Shown: positions 20,258 to 30,617, counted from the first letter of the stretch. The stretch: 64,000 nucleotides of DNA from Acidobacteriota bacterium (GCA_040755995.1 JBFMAF010000010.1:288001-352000); one strand, 5' to 3'. Numbers and translations are program-made. The notes: a model not told the origin generated them from the letters alone.

Positions 20258-21566
20258 CCTGACTGTCCAGTTCACCCCCGGGTTTGCGCCCTACGAGCAG
20301 TACCTTCGAAGAGGAGAACAAGGACCGTGGACCGACGTGTACGGGGCCGCCGCGACGTTCTACAACCTGATCACGGGGATAGTGCCGGAGAACGCGATCG
20401 AAAGGGAAGTCCATGACACGCTGGTTCCGCCTGCCAGGCTGTTCGGCGACATTCCCGCGGAGCTCAGCAACGCCGTGATGAGAGCGCTTTCTACTTTGCC
20501 GTCGCAGCGTCATCGGACGGTGAACGAATTCAGAGACGAGCTGACGGGTAAGAAGGTCCTGGCAGCAGAGTCGACCCCCTCCGAGCCCGACTCGACGACG
20601 ATGTTGTCGAGATCGAGGTCGCCGCTCAAGCGCCGTTCGCTGCGGCTCGGCATCGGTACTGTCGCGCTCGCGCTTCTCACGGGTCTCATCGGCTTCGTCG
20701 TCATTCGCGATCGGCTATTCCAAGGTGCCGCACCCGAGGACCCCGGGGCTCGGGCCGCCCCGGCCATGAACACCCTTCCAAAGCCGGCCTCCGATCGAAA
20801 GCCCGGCGAAGTCTGGACCGACCCGGCTACCGGAGTGGAGCTGGCCTGGTGTCCGGCCGGCAGCTTCATGATGGGGTCCGATGCGCTCAACGACGAGACG
20901 CCGATGCACGAGGTCAGTTTCGCGCAGGGCTTCTGGATGCAGACGACCGAGGTCACTCAGGCACTGTGGAAAAGGGTCGTGGGATCGAAGCCTTGGGTGG
21001 CGGTGAGAGGCGGCGCCCATGAGGTGCCGGACATCGATGACTGCCCGGGCATCTACGTGACCTTGTACGACGCCCAGCTGTTCGCGAATGAACTGAACCG
21101 GCGCGGCGGCGTTGGCTACCATGTCCCCTCCGAAGCAGAATGGGAGTACGCGTGCCGCGCCGGTTCCACGGGCATGTTCTGTTTCGGGGACGACGAGTCG
21201 GTCCTGGCGGAGTATGCCTGGTACGAAGAGACCGCAGCCAACATCGGGGAGAAATTCGTGCACCGGGTTCGGTTGAAGCGTCCGAATGCTTGGGGACTGT
21301 ACGACATGCACGGCGGCGTCTTCGAATGGTGCACGGACTGGTATCATTCGACCTACGCAGCCGCCCCCACCGACGGCAGCCCATGGCTCACGCCCCCGAC
21401 ATCGAGCCAAGTGAATCGCGGCGGCTGCTGGGCATCGAGCGCCGGCAGCTGCCGCTCAGCCAACCGCAACGACTACACACCCGCGAGCTTCGGCAGCCTG
21501 GTGGGCTTCAGGGTGGCGAAGTCCGACGCGCCGGCGACCGAGAGGCCACCGCAGCCCGGCAGTTGA
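20082..21566 (+). pseudogene. N-terminally truncated kinase-TM-FGE/SUMF1 gene (second half of a fused pair)
   Basis: The frame of ORF 20337 extends upstream as ALRIIVPILDALEAVHRRSLLHRDVKPQNIF..LLDFGSAR, with no start codon or N-lobe. Then TM and FGE domain (PSEAEWEYACRAG, NAWGLYDMHG, GFRV). Confidence 0.8.
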
Positions 21567-21595
21567 TGTCGAACCGGGAGGTTTGCCGCCTTTGA

Positions 21596-21622
21596 CTTGA
21601 TACTTGAGGGGGCTATATCAAG
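21596..21622. promoter_or_regulatory. Candidate enhancer (UAS): CTTGATA-N13-TATCAAG
   Basis: Perfect 7-bp inverted repeat starting 111 bp before a sigma54 motif; the same half-site occurs at 23606, 30607 and 42595. Confidence 0.65.
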
Positions 21623-21706
21623 AAGGATCTCACGCCACGCCAACCAGGATGCCACAAGCGGTTGAATCGTCTAGGACCATGCGCACGGGTCGACTTGACA
21701 GCCCTG

Positions 21707-21722
21707 TGGCATGACACATGCT
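21707..21722 (+). promoter_or_regulatory. Sigma54 promoter TGGCATGACACATGCT
   Basis: GG-N10-GC with TGGCA at -24 and TGC at -12; upstream of CDS 21837. Confidence 0.7.
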
Positions 21723-21836
21723 ATTAACGCAGAGAGGTGATGACCAACGAGCGCACCGCGAGGCCGGTGGCGAACTGAGGCCATGCCTCGTGGATGCTTG
21801 ATGCCGACGTTGATCGGGTTGCCAAGGAGGTGACAA

Positions 21837-23294
21837 ATGAAGAGGGCAATCATCGCTGTGGCCGCGCTGATCATCCTCGGGACTCATGCCGAGGCTCAGC
21901 TATCGAAAGCAGACCTGGACGAAGCGAACAGGATGCTCAAGGGGACGCTGTATCTGCGAATCAACCTGGTCTGCGCTCATGATTGGGGAGATGTGAGCTT
22001 CTGGATGCGGGGGACGCGTTGGCAGACTGGTCTCGCGCTGAAGACCCTCACCGAGGTAGGGCCAACGGGCTCGAACGTCGATCTCAGCCAGCCAAGAGTT
22101 GCCGATTCGCTGAATCGCAGAGGTGTTGTCTGGTGGTTCCTCCCCAATGACGCCATCCGCAATGCAAAGGTCTACAAGACGGATGACGGGTTCTTGGAGA
22201 TCGGAGCTGAGGGCCTGCCGCCGAAGGACCTGGAAGTAACGATACGGCTTGTCGGCGCGAACAACCTCGACGACTTCAAGGCGGCGTTCCAACGGGCCTT
22301 TTCGAGGGTGCCGCTTCAAGACGATCACGCTGAGTGGCCACCGGATGTGCGCAAGGCAATCGGCGAAAGGCGGCCGCTCTTGGGCATGACAGCCGAACAG
22401 ACATATTGCGTCGTCGGCCGCCCAATCGAGATCCGGACGAGCGAGCTGGACGGCAAGAAAGTCGAGACATGGGTCCTTCTTCAGGATATCGGCCGCGGGA
22501 TGAGTCTCGGCGAAGTTCAAGACGTAGCGGATGATGTGACAACAGACTGCACCGGATTCCCCGTCTCGCTTGAGTTCATCGACGGTAGGATAGCCTCCAT
22601 CGGCTTCGTGCCGGCCGCGGCCGATTGGAACGCGCTCTCAGAGAAGGAGCAGAGCGAAGTAGAGAAGATGGTCGAGGGGACTCTGTACCTCCGAGTGAAT
22701 GCTGTAAGCAATTATCACCTGGAGGGTCGCACGGTGGTCTCGCCTGGGGGCTCCAACCTCGACATGGCCGTTCTGCCCGAGACATTCACCGAGAATGGGG
22801 CGATCTGGCGGTACTTCCCGAACGACGCTATTCGAGAGGCGGAGATCATCTGGGAAGATGACGGGTCCGTCTCGGTCTGGGCCGAGGGTGCTCCACCGAA
22901 GAAGGGCGAAGTCATGGTGCACCTCGTCGGTTTCATGAGCATGGACGAATTCAAAGCCGCCTTCAATCGCGCGTTCTCGAAGGTGCCGTTGCAGGACGAG
23001 CATCCCGAGTGGCCGATCGAGATCCGGAATGCGATTACCGAGAGACGCGTTGTGGAGGGGATGACGGCCGAGCAGGCCTACTGCGTCGTGGGCCGGCCGC
23101 TCGGACTGAGCAGACGCGATGACGCTGGCAAGCAGATCGAGACATGGCTGCCGCCGCAGGAGATCGGCATCGGGATGAGCGTAGAGGAGCTCAAAGAGGT
23201 CTACGCCGACCTGAAGGAGAACCGCACCGGCCTGCCGGCATCTATCGAGCTCATTGACGGCAAAGTGGTCTCGGTGACCGGCGCGGTGAAGTAG
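21837..23294 (+). CDS. Secreted protein with two tandem homologous modules
   Basis: AAGGAGG RBS; signal peptide; repeated GTLYLR.N, PNDAIR, FKAAF.RAFS.VPLQD.H.EWP and GMTAEQ.YCVVGRP (BamE/SmpA-like motif). Confidence 0.8.
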   Translation: MKRAIIAVAALIILGTHAEAQLSKADLDEANRMLKGTLYLRINLVCAHDWGDVSFWMRGTRWQTGLALKTLTEVGPTGSNVDLSQPRVADSLNRRGVVWWFLPNDAIRNAKVYKTDDGFLEIGAEGLPPKDLEVTIRLVGANNLDDFKAAFQRAFSRVPLQDDHAEWPPDVRKAIGERRPLLGMTAEQTYCVVGRPIEIRTSELDGKKVETWVLLQDIGRGMSLGEVQDVADDVTTDCTGFPVSLEFIDGRIASIGFVPAAADWNALSEKEQSEVEKMVEGTLYLRVNAVSNYHLEGRTVVSPGGSNLDMAVLPETFTENGAIWRYFPNDAIREAEIIWEDDGSVSVWAEGAPPKKGEVMVHLVGFMSMDEFKAAFNRAFSKVPLQDEHPEWPIEIRNAITERRVVEGMTAEQAYCVVGRPLGLSRRDDAGKQIETWLPPQEIGIGMSVEELKEVYADLKENRTGLPASIELIDGKVVSVTGAVK

Positions 23295-23605
23295 TCCAAG
23301 GGCGTTCCACTTCCGGTCGGGCTCCGCCTATCGAGCTTCATGCCACTATCGGAGTCACGAGACAGCGCTTTTCCGTCCGCGGTTCTCGCATCGAGTCCTT
23401 GCCGCGGAGAGAGTGCCTTCGCCTGACGACAGACCTGAAGGCTACTCGATTGTTGCCTTCGGTTGTCTATCGAGCCGCCTCTGTCTGTGAATTGCAGACT
23501 CAATCACAGTGCGCGAGGCAATGGGAATCGAGCGCCCCTTCTCCAGTCAGGTTCAACCGCCACCGAGCTTGCACCGCATGCGAGGCTGTCGGCGGACGAC
23601 CGCAG

Positions 23606-23635
23606 CTTGATACTCTATAAAGAACTTGATGTTCA
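23606..23635. promoter_or_regulatory. Candidate UAS: CTTGATA-CTC-TATAAAG, plus a further CTTGAT
   Basis: 17 of 18 nt identical to 42595-42612. Confidence 0.7.
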
Positions 23636-23728
23636 CCGGCAATGTGCATCCCCCATAGCCTGGCCCGCTGCTCTGTATGTCCATGATCTTGCTGCCGGGT
23701 ACCAATGCCGTGCCCGGCGGCGCGGCAA

Positions 23729-23744
23729 TGGCACGGTTCAGGCA
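23729..23744 (+). promoter_or_regulatory. Sigma54 promoter TGGCACGGTTCAGGCA
   Basis: TGGCAC with GG-N10-GC; 123 bp after the UAS start. Confidence 0.7.
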
Positions 23745-23898
23745 TCATGGACGGCTCGAGTGGGGAAGTCACTATGAAGACCAACAAGAACATGAATCGT
23801 GGCGGGACTTCCGTTCATCGGGTAGACGCTGCTGGGAGATGTGGTGCCCGCCTCTGTATCCGCGGCAGAACTCAGACGCAACATTGCTGGAGGACAAC

Positions 23899-24714
23899 AT
23901 GGAGTCACATCTGAGGCCTCAACAAAGAGCTGGCTGGGTCATTCGCCTGCTCTCGTGGAAACGGCTGAACACCGCGTCATTGTTCTCCCTGTGGGGGGTG
24001 ATTGCGATTGCTTTGGGGGCTGCCCATGTTCTGTCGGGACAGGATCTCCCCGCTCCCATAGCCACCTTGTGGGTTGGCAAGAGCGTTGACCTGATCTGGA
24101 TCACAGGGGCGACGCAAATGGAATCGTTGCTGAGACTGGGTGAGAGCCCCCAAGGCGCCGACATCGTGGTCCTGGACAAGGGAGAACTGCCCAGGAACGT
24201 CTCCCTGGTTCTGCGCGGTTGGATCGAACAGGGTGGCGTTGTTATCGCTTTCGACCGGGCGTTCGGGTCAACCTGGCGGAATAGCGATCTCTTTGGCGGC
24301 CTGATCGAAGGAGCCGACAAGGGATGGGAGCCCCCCGAGGATAGTATGGCGTTCGTTAAGGGCTCGACCGTCTACGTGGCAGACAGGGAGCACCCCCTCG
24401 CCCAAGGGGTTGACACCATATACGTCGCCCGCGACCATACGATGGTCGGTGACGCCTCCGGAGAAAAAAACGCCGGCCTCGGCGTGTTCGACAGGTCCGT
24501 TGACGCATCCACACGGGCGATACTGAAAGCACAGAAGATTGGAGAGGCTGTGATCAGCAGTCGGCCTTTGCAGCCTGCGGGCGATGTCACGGTGGGTGTG
24601 TGCAAACAGGTGGGAAAGGGACGAGTCGTCATCCTCCCATCGCTCGACTACACAGCGGGCTCAACCGCCCGATTCATGGTGAACCTACTCGAATGGAGTG
24701 TTTCCCAGGAATAG
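23899..24714 (+). CDS. Exported hypothetical protein, possibly class-I GATase-like fold
   Basis: GGAGG RBS before ATG 23899; N-terminal hydrophobic segment; ADIVVL..LRGWIEQGGVVI, HPLAQGV, GKGRVVIL. Confidence 0.65.
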   Translation: MESHLRPQQRAGWVIRLLSWKRLNTASLFSLWGVIAIALGAAHVLSGQDLPAPIATLWVGKSVDLIWITGATQMESLLRLGESPQGADIVVLDKGELPRNVSLVLRGWIEQGGVVIAFDRAFGSTWRNSDLFGGLIEGADKGWEPPEDSMAFVKGSTVYVADREHPLAQGVDTIYVARDHTMVGDASGEKNAGLGVFDRSVDASTRAILKAQKIGEAVISSRPLQPAGDVTVGVCKQVGKGRVVILPSLDYTAGSTARFMVNLLEWSVSQE

Positions 24715-24883
24715 GAGTGGCCTCGGCACTTGCGGTGAATTCCAGAACAACCAAGAATGGTCCAGCGATCGCTCGCAGTCCCTTCTGTTCGAACAGTACA
24801 ACTCGAGGCTAACAACCAGCAGAATGCGATGGTTGCACTTCGTCGCTGAAGTCTCCCGATGGAGGGAGAGAAAGGACAACGAC

Positions 24884-26311
24884 ATGAAACGCGCCTCGCC
24901 GGATCCGTTCGTCGCAATCCCCGCGAGCGAGAGGGCGGTCAGGCTGCCCGGGATCTGTCCCGGCTGCGGTGGCGGAGAGGCTCTCTCGTCAAGAACGGCC
25001 GAGTTTCCGCTCAACCGCCCGGCGGCGGTCGCGGCGGCCTTTGCCGCGCTCGCCTTTCCCCTGGGCCGAATCTACGGACCGCAGATCCTGCAGCTCCTCC
25101 ACCAAGGCCCCCCTGTAGCATTCCCCAACCAGTGGGCCGTCTTCGCCATGCTGATGGGCCTCGGCTACGCCGCGTTCTACAGCGCCGGGCAAGGCTTCTC
25201 GGTCACCTATGAGGCATGCTCCGCGTGCACCGCCAGGTTGGCGGCGCCAGCGCACCTGCTGCTGCCGGCTTTGGCTGCCATGACTGTATGCCTTGCTGTT
25301 CTCGGCACAGTCGCCGCGGTCGGCGTGGCAGTCAGCAATCCTTTCCCGCTTGGAGCGGGGATCGGGCTCGTGTTGCTGGCGATAAGTCTCGGCATCACCT
25401 GGGCTGGCAGGAAGGCGTTCCTTGCCTATCGCCGTGGGTGTGTTCTCCGAGTGGAGGGCGACCACTACTCGGCACGTGTGCATTCCCAGTCACCGGCGTT
25501 CCTGTCTGCCTTGCGCGATCAGCGGGCGACGAGAGCATCCGCATCCCTATCCCTCGAGACGGACGGGATCGTAGAGGTCTCGTCGAGCAGTCCGGCTGGC
25601 GCATACCGACCCCTGGACGGATTGGCTCGATGGTGCTCGGCGCTACTCCTGGCTACGATCGCCTGGAGCCTCCTCTGCTCGGTGTTTGCAGTCACACGGC
25701 TCGCTTCGCTCCAAGGCGATCTCAACCTCCTGTCCCGCGGGGCGCGTGAGGAACTGTTGATCGACCGGTTTAGCTCGATCTTCACACCAGGGCTCCTCGT
25801 CCTTGCCCTGGCCGTGTTCTTGGCATGGCTTCACCGGGCGCGACGGAATCTGAGCGTGCTCGGAGCGAAAGGGCTGCTCTTCTCTCCGGGGTGGGCCGTG
25901 GGATGGTGGTTCGTGCCGCTCGGCAATCTCTACCAGCCCTTCAAGATCATGACCGAGACGTGGAAGGCGAGTTCTCCCAGTCTCGACGAATCGAGAGCCG
26001 AGTCGTGGCAGCACGTGAGCGTGCCACGCATCCTCACGGCTTGGTGGCTTCTCTTCATCCTCGCCTGCGTGGCAGGCAACCTCGCCGACGGCTTGTACCC
26101 GAACCTCGTCGTCTTCAGGGATAGCCCCTACGCTTGGAAGGAAGGCCTGCTCCACATCACCATCATTCAGGCCATAGGCGCCGTGGCGTGGATCGCCTCC
26201 GCGGTCCTCCTCATGGTCGCCGTCACACGGATCAGCCAGAACCAAGAGATCGGCATGCAGCAGGTAGGAAAGGCGGCACAGATATGTCGAAGCCCGGATA
26301 GCGATCGGTGA
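24884..26311 (+). CDS. Membrane protein with C-terminal DUF4328-like domain
   Basis: N-terminal CPGC/CSAC; FLAWLHRARRNL..LG, SPGWAVGWWFVPLGNLYQPFKIMTETW. Confidence 0.75.
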   Translation: MKRASPDPFVAIPASERAVRLPGICPGCGGGEALSSRTAEFPLNRPAAVAAAFAALAFPLGRIYGPQILQLLHQGPPVAFPNQWAVFAMLMGLGYAAFYSAGQGFSVTYEACSACTARLAAPAHLLLPALAAMTVCLAVLGTVAAVGVAVSNPFPLGAGIGLVLLAISLGITWAGRKAFLAYRRGCVLRVEGDHYSARVHSQSPAFLSALRDQRATRASASLSLETDGIVEVSSSSPAGAYRPLDGLARWCSALLLATIAWSLLCSVFAVTRLASLQGDLNLLSRGAREELLIDRFSSIFTPGLLVLALAVFLAWLHRARRNLSVLGAKGLLFSPGWAVGWWFVPLGNLYQPFKIMTETWKASSPSLDESRAESWQHVSVPRILTAWWLLFILACVAGNLADGLYPNLVVFRDSPYAWKEGLLHITIIQAIGAVAWIASAVLLMVAVTRISQNQEIGMQQVGKAAQICRSPDSDR

Positions 26312-26597
26312 AATAGGCATCTGTGAGGGCATCGCACAGCGGGTCCAGCTGCGCCACAAGGTCGGAGCCGCGGGCGCGGAGCTCTCCCGAGAGGGCCTCC
26401 AGGTCATGGGTTCTCACAAGAAGCCAGCCCAGTCTCAGCAGCTCTGCCTTCATGAGCTTCTCGACGACTTCCGCTAGCTTGCTGCGGCACATCGAATATC
26501 CAACCTCCCGCTCAGCGCACACCTGCAGTGCCTCGATGTCTGACTCCGCGATGAACAGCCAGTCGACTGGATTGATCGAGTCAGTCTTCCGCAGCAA
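26232..26597 (-). CDS. HEPN-domain protein, C-terminus probably truncated
   Basis: DWLFIAESDI, EVVEKLMKA.L, RTHDLEAL, RYPG. The last about 80 bp overlap the convergent gene. Confidence 0.75.
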   Translation of the reverse strand: MLRKTDSINPVDWLFIAESDIEALQVCAEREVGYSMCRSKLAEVVEKLMKAELLRLGWLLVRTHDLEALSGELRARGSDLVAQLDPLCDALTDAYFTDRYPGFDISVPPFLPAACRSLGSG

Positions 26598-26940
26598 TCA
26601 GTACTCCCTCATTCAAGAGCGTCTTGAAGAAGTGATCCGACCTGGCCAGCTTCTCCTCGAGCCGTTGCGGTGCGATAGGGATGAGCGTGAACGGCGGGCG
26701 CGGCCAGACGTGCCTCATTGCGACCCGCCACCGGGACGCTGCCTCCATTTGCCGCTCCGCACCGTCAGCCACATCGCACAGGTCCAGGTCGCTATCGGCG
26801 CGCGCATCTCCGTGGGCGTGGGAGCCGAACAGGATTACGCGCCTGAGCGGCAGGGCACGATCCATGGCTTCCAGGCACCGTGACAGCGTCTCCCGCTGTG
26901 GCTCAAGGGAAGCCGGCAGGTTCTCGAGCAGCAGTCTCAT
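26581..26940 (-). CDS. Minimal nucleotidyltransferase (MNT), partner of the HEPN gene
   Basis: VILFGSHAHGDARADSDLDL (GS-x10-DxD); overlaps the HEPN start. Confidence 0.85.
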   Translation of the reverse strand: MRLLLENLPASLEPQRETLSRCLEAMDRALPLRRVILFGSHAHGDARADSDLDLCDVADGAERQMEAASRWRVAMRHVWPRPPFTLIPIAPQRLEEKLARSDHFFKTLLNEGVLIAAED

Positions 26941-27042
26941 CCCAGAAATTCTAGTCGTTCCGGGCATGCACCACAAGGATATCCACGGCCGTTCGATGGC
27001 CCCCTCGTCATTGGTGCGCCCACCAGCGACTCCCCCTGGGGC

Positions 27043-27714
27043 TCAGTAGTGCGTGAACGTACCGACCGTCGTGGAAGTCACGCTGGAGGCGACCTTGACG
27101 TCGACCGTTCCAGGGGTGCCCGCCGGGCTGTCGCAGGTGATGACGTTCGGCTGCGTGAAACGGACGTTGCCCGCCACGGCCGAGCCGAAGAGCACGTTGA
27201 ACTGCGTGCCGCTCGTGCCCGACGGCGCCAGAATCGTCACGCGCGTCCCGCCGGCCGCGGGCCCGGATGTCGGATACACGTTGCCCGAGGGGGGTACGGC
27301 GATGAATTCGTACGGATTGCTCTTCTTGTTGAGCACAACTACGGTCACCGGCCCCGTCTGTACCCCGTTCGGAACCGTCACCTTGATGCTGGTGTCGGAC
27401 CAGCGCCGAGCAACCCCGGCGTCGGTCGATCTGAAGAGCACTTTGCTGGTCCCCTGTACTGCCCCGAAGCCTCTCCCATTCACGGATATCGTGTCTCCGG
27501 CCTTGCCGGCTGCCGGGAGGAGCTGTTCGATGACGGGGCCGTTCCCTGCTGCCTTGCGGGTGTATGAATAAACACCGCGATCCGTGGCAACGAAAAGACG
27601 GTTGCGATTGGTCGGATCGGTGAGGAGTCGCCTGATGGTGAAAGCCCCCAGACCGGTGGAATCGAAAGCAGCCCAGGATTCCCCGTGATCTGTCGAGCAG
27701 CACGCAGCACACAC
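27043..27714 (-). pseudogene. 5'-truncated surface protein fragment: BNR/Asp-box repeat + two IPT/TIG domains
   Basis: Starts mid-repeat (STDHGESW..LFVATDRGVY) with no signal peptide or RBS; GDTISVNGRGFG and PTSGPAAGGTRVTI IPT motifs. Confidence 0.65.
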
Positions 27715-27888
27715 GCGACCAGGTTTCCATGTCGAACCCCTTCAGCCCTAGATGCTCACGACCTCGCCTGCGACTCCGTTGCGTACGCTTCCACGAACAG
27801 GGCGTGTCCGCCGTGGATTCATCACAGCCCGCAAGCCTGGCTCATTCTACCACGGCGTGGGGTGGCAGGATTGATGGTTGCAATCGCT

Positions 27889-28092
27889 TCACTCCTTCTT
27901 TGCTTGGCGAAGACGCGGCCATTCGGCGAATCCGAGATAGAAGAGCATCAGAATGTTTATCAACGGGAGAAGCATCAACAGACTCAGTGCCGGGGGGAAC
28001 CCCGCTTTGCTGAATATCTTCCAGAATGGAAGTACGATGATGAAAACAACCACGACAACCATGACCAGCTCTGCGACACCCAGAGCGCCCAT
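27889..28092 (-). CDS. Small membrane protein (DUF5684-like)
   Basis: GGAGG RBS; WKIFSKAG.P..LSLLMLLPLIN motif; two TM segments. Confidence 0.75.
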   Translation of the reverse strand: MGALGVAELVMVVVVVFIIVLPFWKIFSKAGFPPALSLLMLLPLINILMLFYLGFAEWPRLRQAKKE

Positions 28093-28186
28093 TCAGTCCT
28101 CCCTTCTGTTGTTGAACGACCTCGCGAGCGGGACAAGTGTGCTCTGCAGTACCGACACGGTGCACTATCACCTGCCTCGCCTCAGT

Positions 28187-30394
28187 TCACTTCTCAGGCT
28201 CCACCGGTTGCATTTCGCCGAGCAGCGCTTCTGCACGCTCGGCTATGTTCTTGAGGTGGCTGTCTTGCGATTGCGACGCCAACGCGACGACGCGCTTCAG
28301 ATCCGACTCAGCCTTCTCACGGTACGCGGCCGCCTGCGCAGGATCGAGCCTGGCGAGATGCAGCTGGATCTCTCCAAGCCGACAACGGATCGCAGCCTCA
28401 TCCGATGGTCCCCCTGAGAACGCCAGGCCGGAGTTGAACACATCGGTGGCTTTCCGGAACTCGGCGACGGCCCCATCGATCCGGCCGGCGCTTTCGAGGG
28501 AAGCGGCACGCGTGGCGCAGTCCGCGCCCCAGCCAAATGTGTCAACGAACTTGCAGTTGCGCACGAGCTCTTCGTCGACGGGGAAGCGGTAGGCGGTGAA
28601 TTGATCCTTCTTGATCTCGCATGTGACACCGCGATAGTCATCCACGATTGTGTTGACGTCCCCGTCATCGCGGAATAGCGAAGTGGGGGTCTTCCGGCCG
28701 GTCTCCCTGTCCACGCGCAGCAGCCGCAGCTTCTTGTCCTCCTTCGCAACGTAGAAGGTCGCATCCCCGCCTGTCGCACGGACCTGCAGATAATCCGTCC
28801 TCGCGAGCTGGCCCAAGCTGCCTGCCATGAGCTCTGAGGATTGAAGCAGAAGAGGCGCGTTGGTCATGGCAGCTCCGGTGCTGCCTGCCGCGACCATCAG
28901 CGCGCCGCCGAGAAGCATGCCAAAGGCCGCACCTCCCTTCGACATCTCCTTCTGCGGGATGACCCCCGTGTCGTAGACCTCGCGCCAGTCGACCGCGTCG
29001 TACTTCGCCATCTGGTTGGCCGATTGCAGAACAACGAACCTGTCCCCTGCCGGCGTCATCGTCTCGATGCCGCTCTTGAACTTCACTGTTTGGCTGTAGA
29101 CCTCTTTGCCGGTTCGCTTGTCCAGGGCGGTGACCTTCTGACCCGTCGCGAACAGCACGCGATCACCCACGAGGGTCATACCCGCACTGACATCTCTGAA
29201 ACGCGCCGTCTCCCACAGCAAGGCTCCTGTCTCGGCATTGACGGCCTTCAGCTGGAACTTCTTGCCTCGCGGGCGATGGACGAAGAGCATGTCGCCATCG
29301 AGATAGAGGCACTTCGGATCGTCGTTGTCGTACTTGGTGAGCTCTTCGTCTTTCGCAAACCACACGGCAATCCGCTCGCCCGTCGAACGATTCACGACGA
29401 ATAGGCCGTCGCTCATCAGGGCATACACGCGGTCTGTCGATATCGCCATTGACAGGACACGATCATGCCCGTCCTGATCCCCTGGCACTTGCCAGTTCGT
29501 CCTCCCGGTTTCCATGTCAAAGCTCTGGAGCACAAATCGATAGTGGATGCCTGAGAACGCGCCCCTTACACAAGTCAGGTCGCTCCCGGAGTTGCCGAGG
29601 AAGTTCCCGGGATCTTGATGGTATTGATCCTGGCCCGGCTGACCTACCCACATGCCCTGAACGCTTGAGACCGAGGCCGGAAGCACCAGGGTCCCACCGC
29701 GGGATTGCTCCTGATGCCATCGGGTGGCCCCCGTGTCCATGTCGATCGCATACAGCTCCGATGAGCGCCAGAGACTGGGAATGGTCCGTGCGAGAATCAC
29801 CCGTTGCTGGGGGATTCCCGTGACGCCGATCCTTGTCTCGCGTACGTCGCCGTTTCGCCACAGAACACGCCCGTCGTGCAGGTCTACTGCCGCGAAGCGG
29901 AAGTGGTCGGATTTTGACTCCACGAGGTTGTCCTTCCAATATCGCACGAGGATGATGTTGCCCACCACCATCACGCCGCCCTCGTCCCCCAGCTCGAACC
30001 CGCCGTATTCCCAACGTGTCTTTCCGGTTTCCGAGTCGATGGCCGCAAGGCGTACTGCGTATCCCCCGTCGTACATCAGGGCCACGATCAGTCCGTTGGC
30101 AGTTCGGGAGAAATCGAGCCCACTGGGTCGAATCTCGTATGGGGAACTCATTCCAAACACACGGCAGACCGACCTCATGCTCTCCACCTCAGCCCGAGGC
30201 GAGATCGTGCCCGAATCAGCGTTGAGCACCCAGAGGACCCTCTCCTTGCCTTTCAGGGTCCACGCGGGCGGTGTGGTGTTCTTCTCGGCCGCAGTCAATG
30301 AGGCTGCGAGCAGACATTGGATCAGCAGCGCCATGGCCAAGACGACCATGTCTGCTCTGAACGAGGCTGGCGTTCGGTCGGCACGAGGATTCAT
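28187..30394 (-). CDS. Secreted PQQ-type (BamB-like) beta-propeller protein with C-terminal TPR-like helices
   Basis: Repeated A-x-D-x-x-T-G-x-x-x-W motifs; signal peptide ending in LTA/AE. Start approximate. Confidence 0.8.
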   Translation of the reverse strand: MNPRADRTPASFRADMVVLAMALLIQCLLAASLTAAEKNTTPPAWTLKGKERVLWVLNADSGTISPRAEVESMRSVCRVFGMSSPYEIRPSGLDFSRTANGLIVALMYDGGYAVRLAAIDSETGKTRWEYGGFELGDEGGVMVVGNIILVRYWKDNLVESKSDHFRFAAVDLHDGRVLWRNGDVRETRIGVTGIPQQRVILARTIPSLWRSSELYAIDMDTGATRWHQEQSRGGTLVLPASVSSVQGMWVGQPGQDQYHQDPGNFLGNSGSDLTCVRGAFSGIHYRFVLQSFDMETGRTNWQVPGDQDGHDRVLSMAISTDRVYALMSDGLFVVNRSTGERIAVWFAKDEELTKYDNDDPKCLYLDGDMLFVHRPRGKKFQLKAVNAETGALLWETARFRDVSAGMTLVGDRVLFATGQKVTALDKRTGKEVYSQTVKFKSGIETMTPAGDRFVVLQSANQMAKYDAVDWREVYDTGVIPQKEMSKGGAAFGMLLGGALMVAAGSTGAAMTNAPLLLQSSELMAGSLGQLARTDYLQVRATGGDATFYVAKEDKKLRLLRVDRETGRKTPTSLFRDDGDVNTIVDDYRGVTCEIKKDQFTAYRFPVDEELVRNCKFVDTFGWGADCATRAASLESAGRIDGAVAEFRKATDVFNSGLAFSGGPSDEAAIRCRLGEIQLHLARLDPAQAAAYREKAESDLKRVVALASQSQDSHLKNIAERAEALLGEMQPVEPEK

Positions 30395-30496
30395 GCTTGT
30401 CCATCTCCTTTCATGACTGGTTGCCTGAACAGACTCGGGCATGGGAGACGATGCGGTATCACGCGGCGGGAGAGTCGGCCTCATATCAAGCAGTCT

Positions 30497-30512
30497 TGCA
30501 ACCGCGGTGCCA
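30497..30512 (-). promoter_or_regulatory. Sigma54 promoter TGGCACCGCGGTTGCA
   Basis: Perfect TGGCAC-N5-TTGCW match on the minus strand, upstream of the PQQ-propeller gene. Confidence 0.85.
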
Positions 30513-30591
30513 GGGCGCCAAGTGCGAGCTCAGCCTCCGGAGGCGTGCCGGATGAAGGGCATATGGGTCGCCAAGCTGTCGGCTCAATTCT

Positions 30592-30617
30592 GCACTTTAT
30601 AAAGTGCTTGATATCGA
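30592..30617. promoter_or_regulatory. Candidate shared UAS: GCACTTTATAAAGTGC palindrome overlapping CTTGATATCGA
   Basis: 16-bp perfect palindrome between two divergent sigma54-like promoters; core ACTTTATAAAG identical to 42601-42611. Confidence 0.7.
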
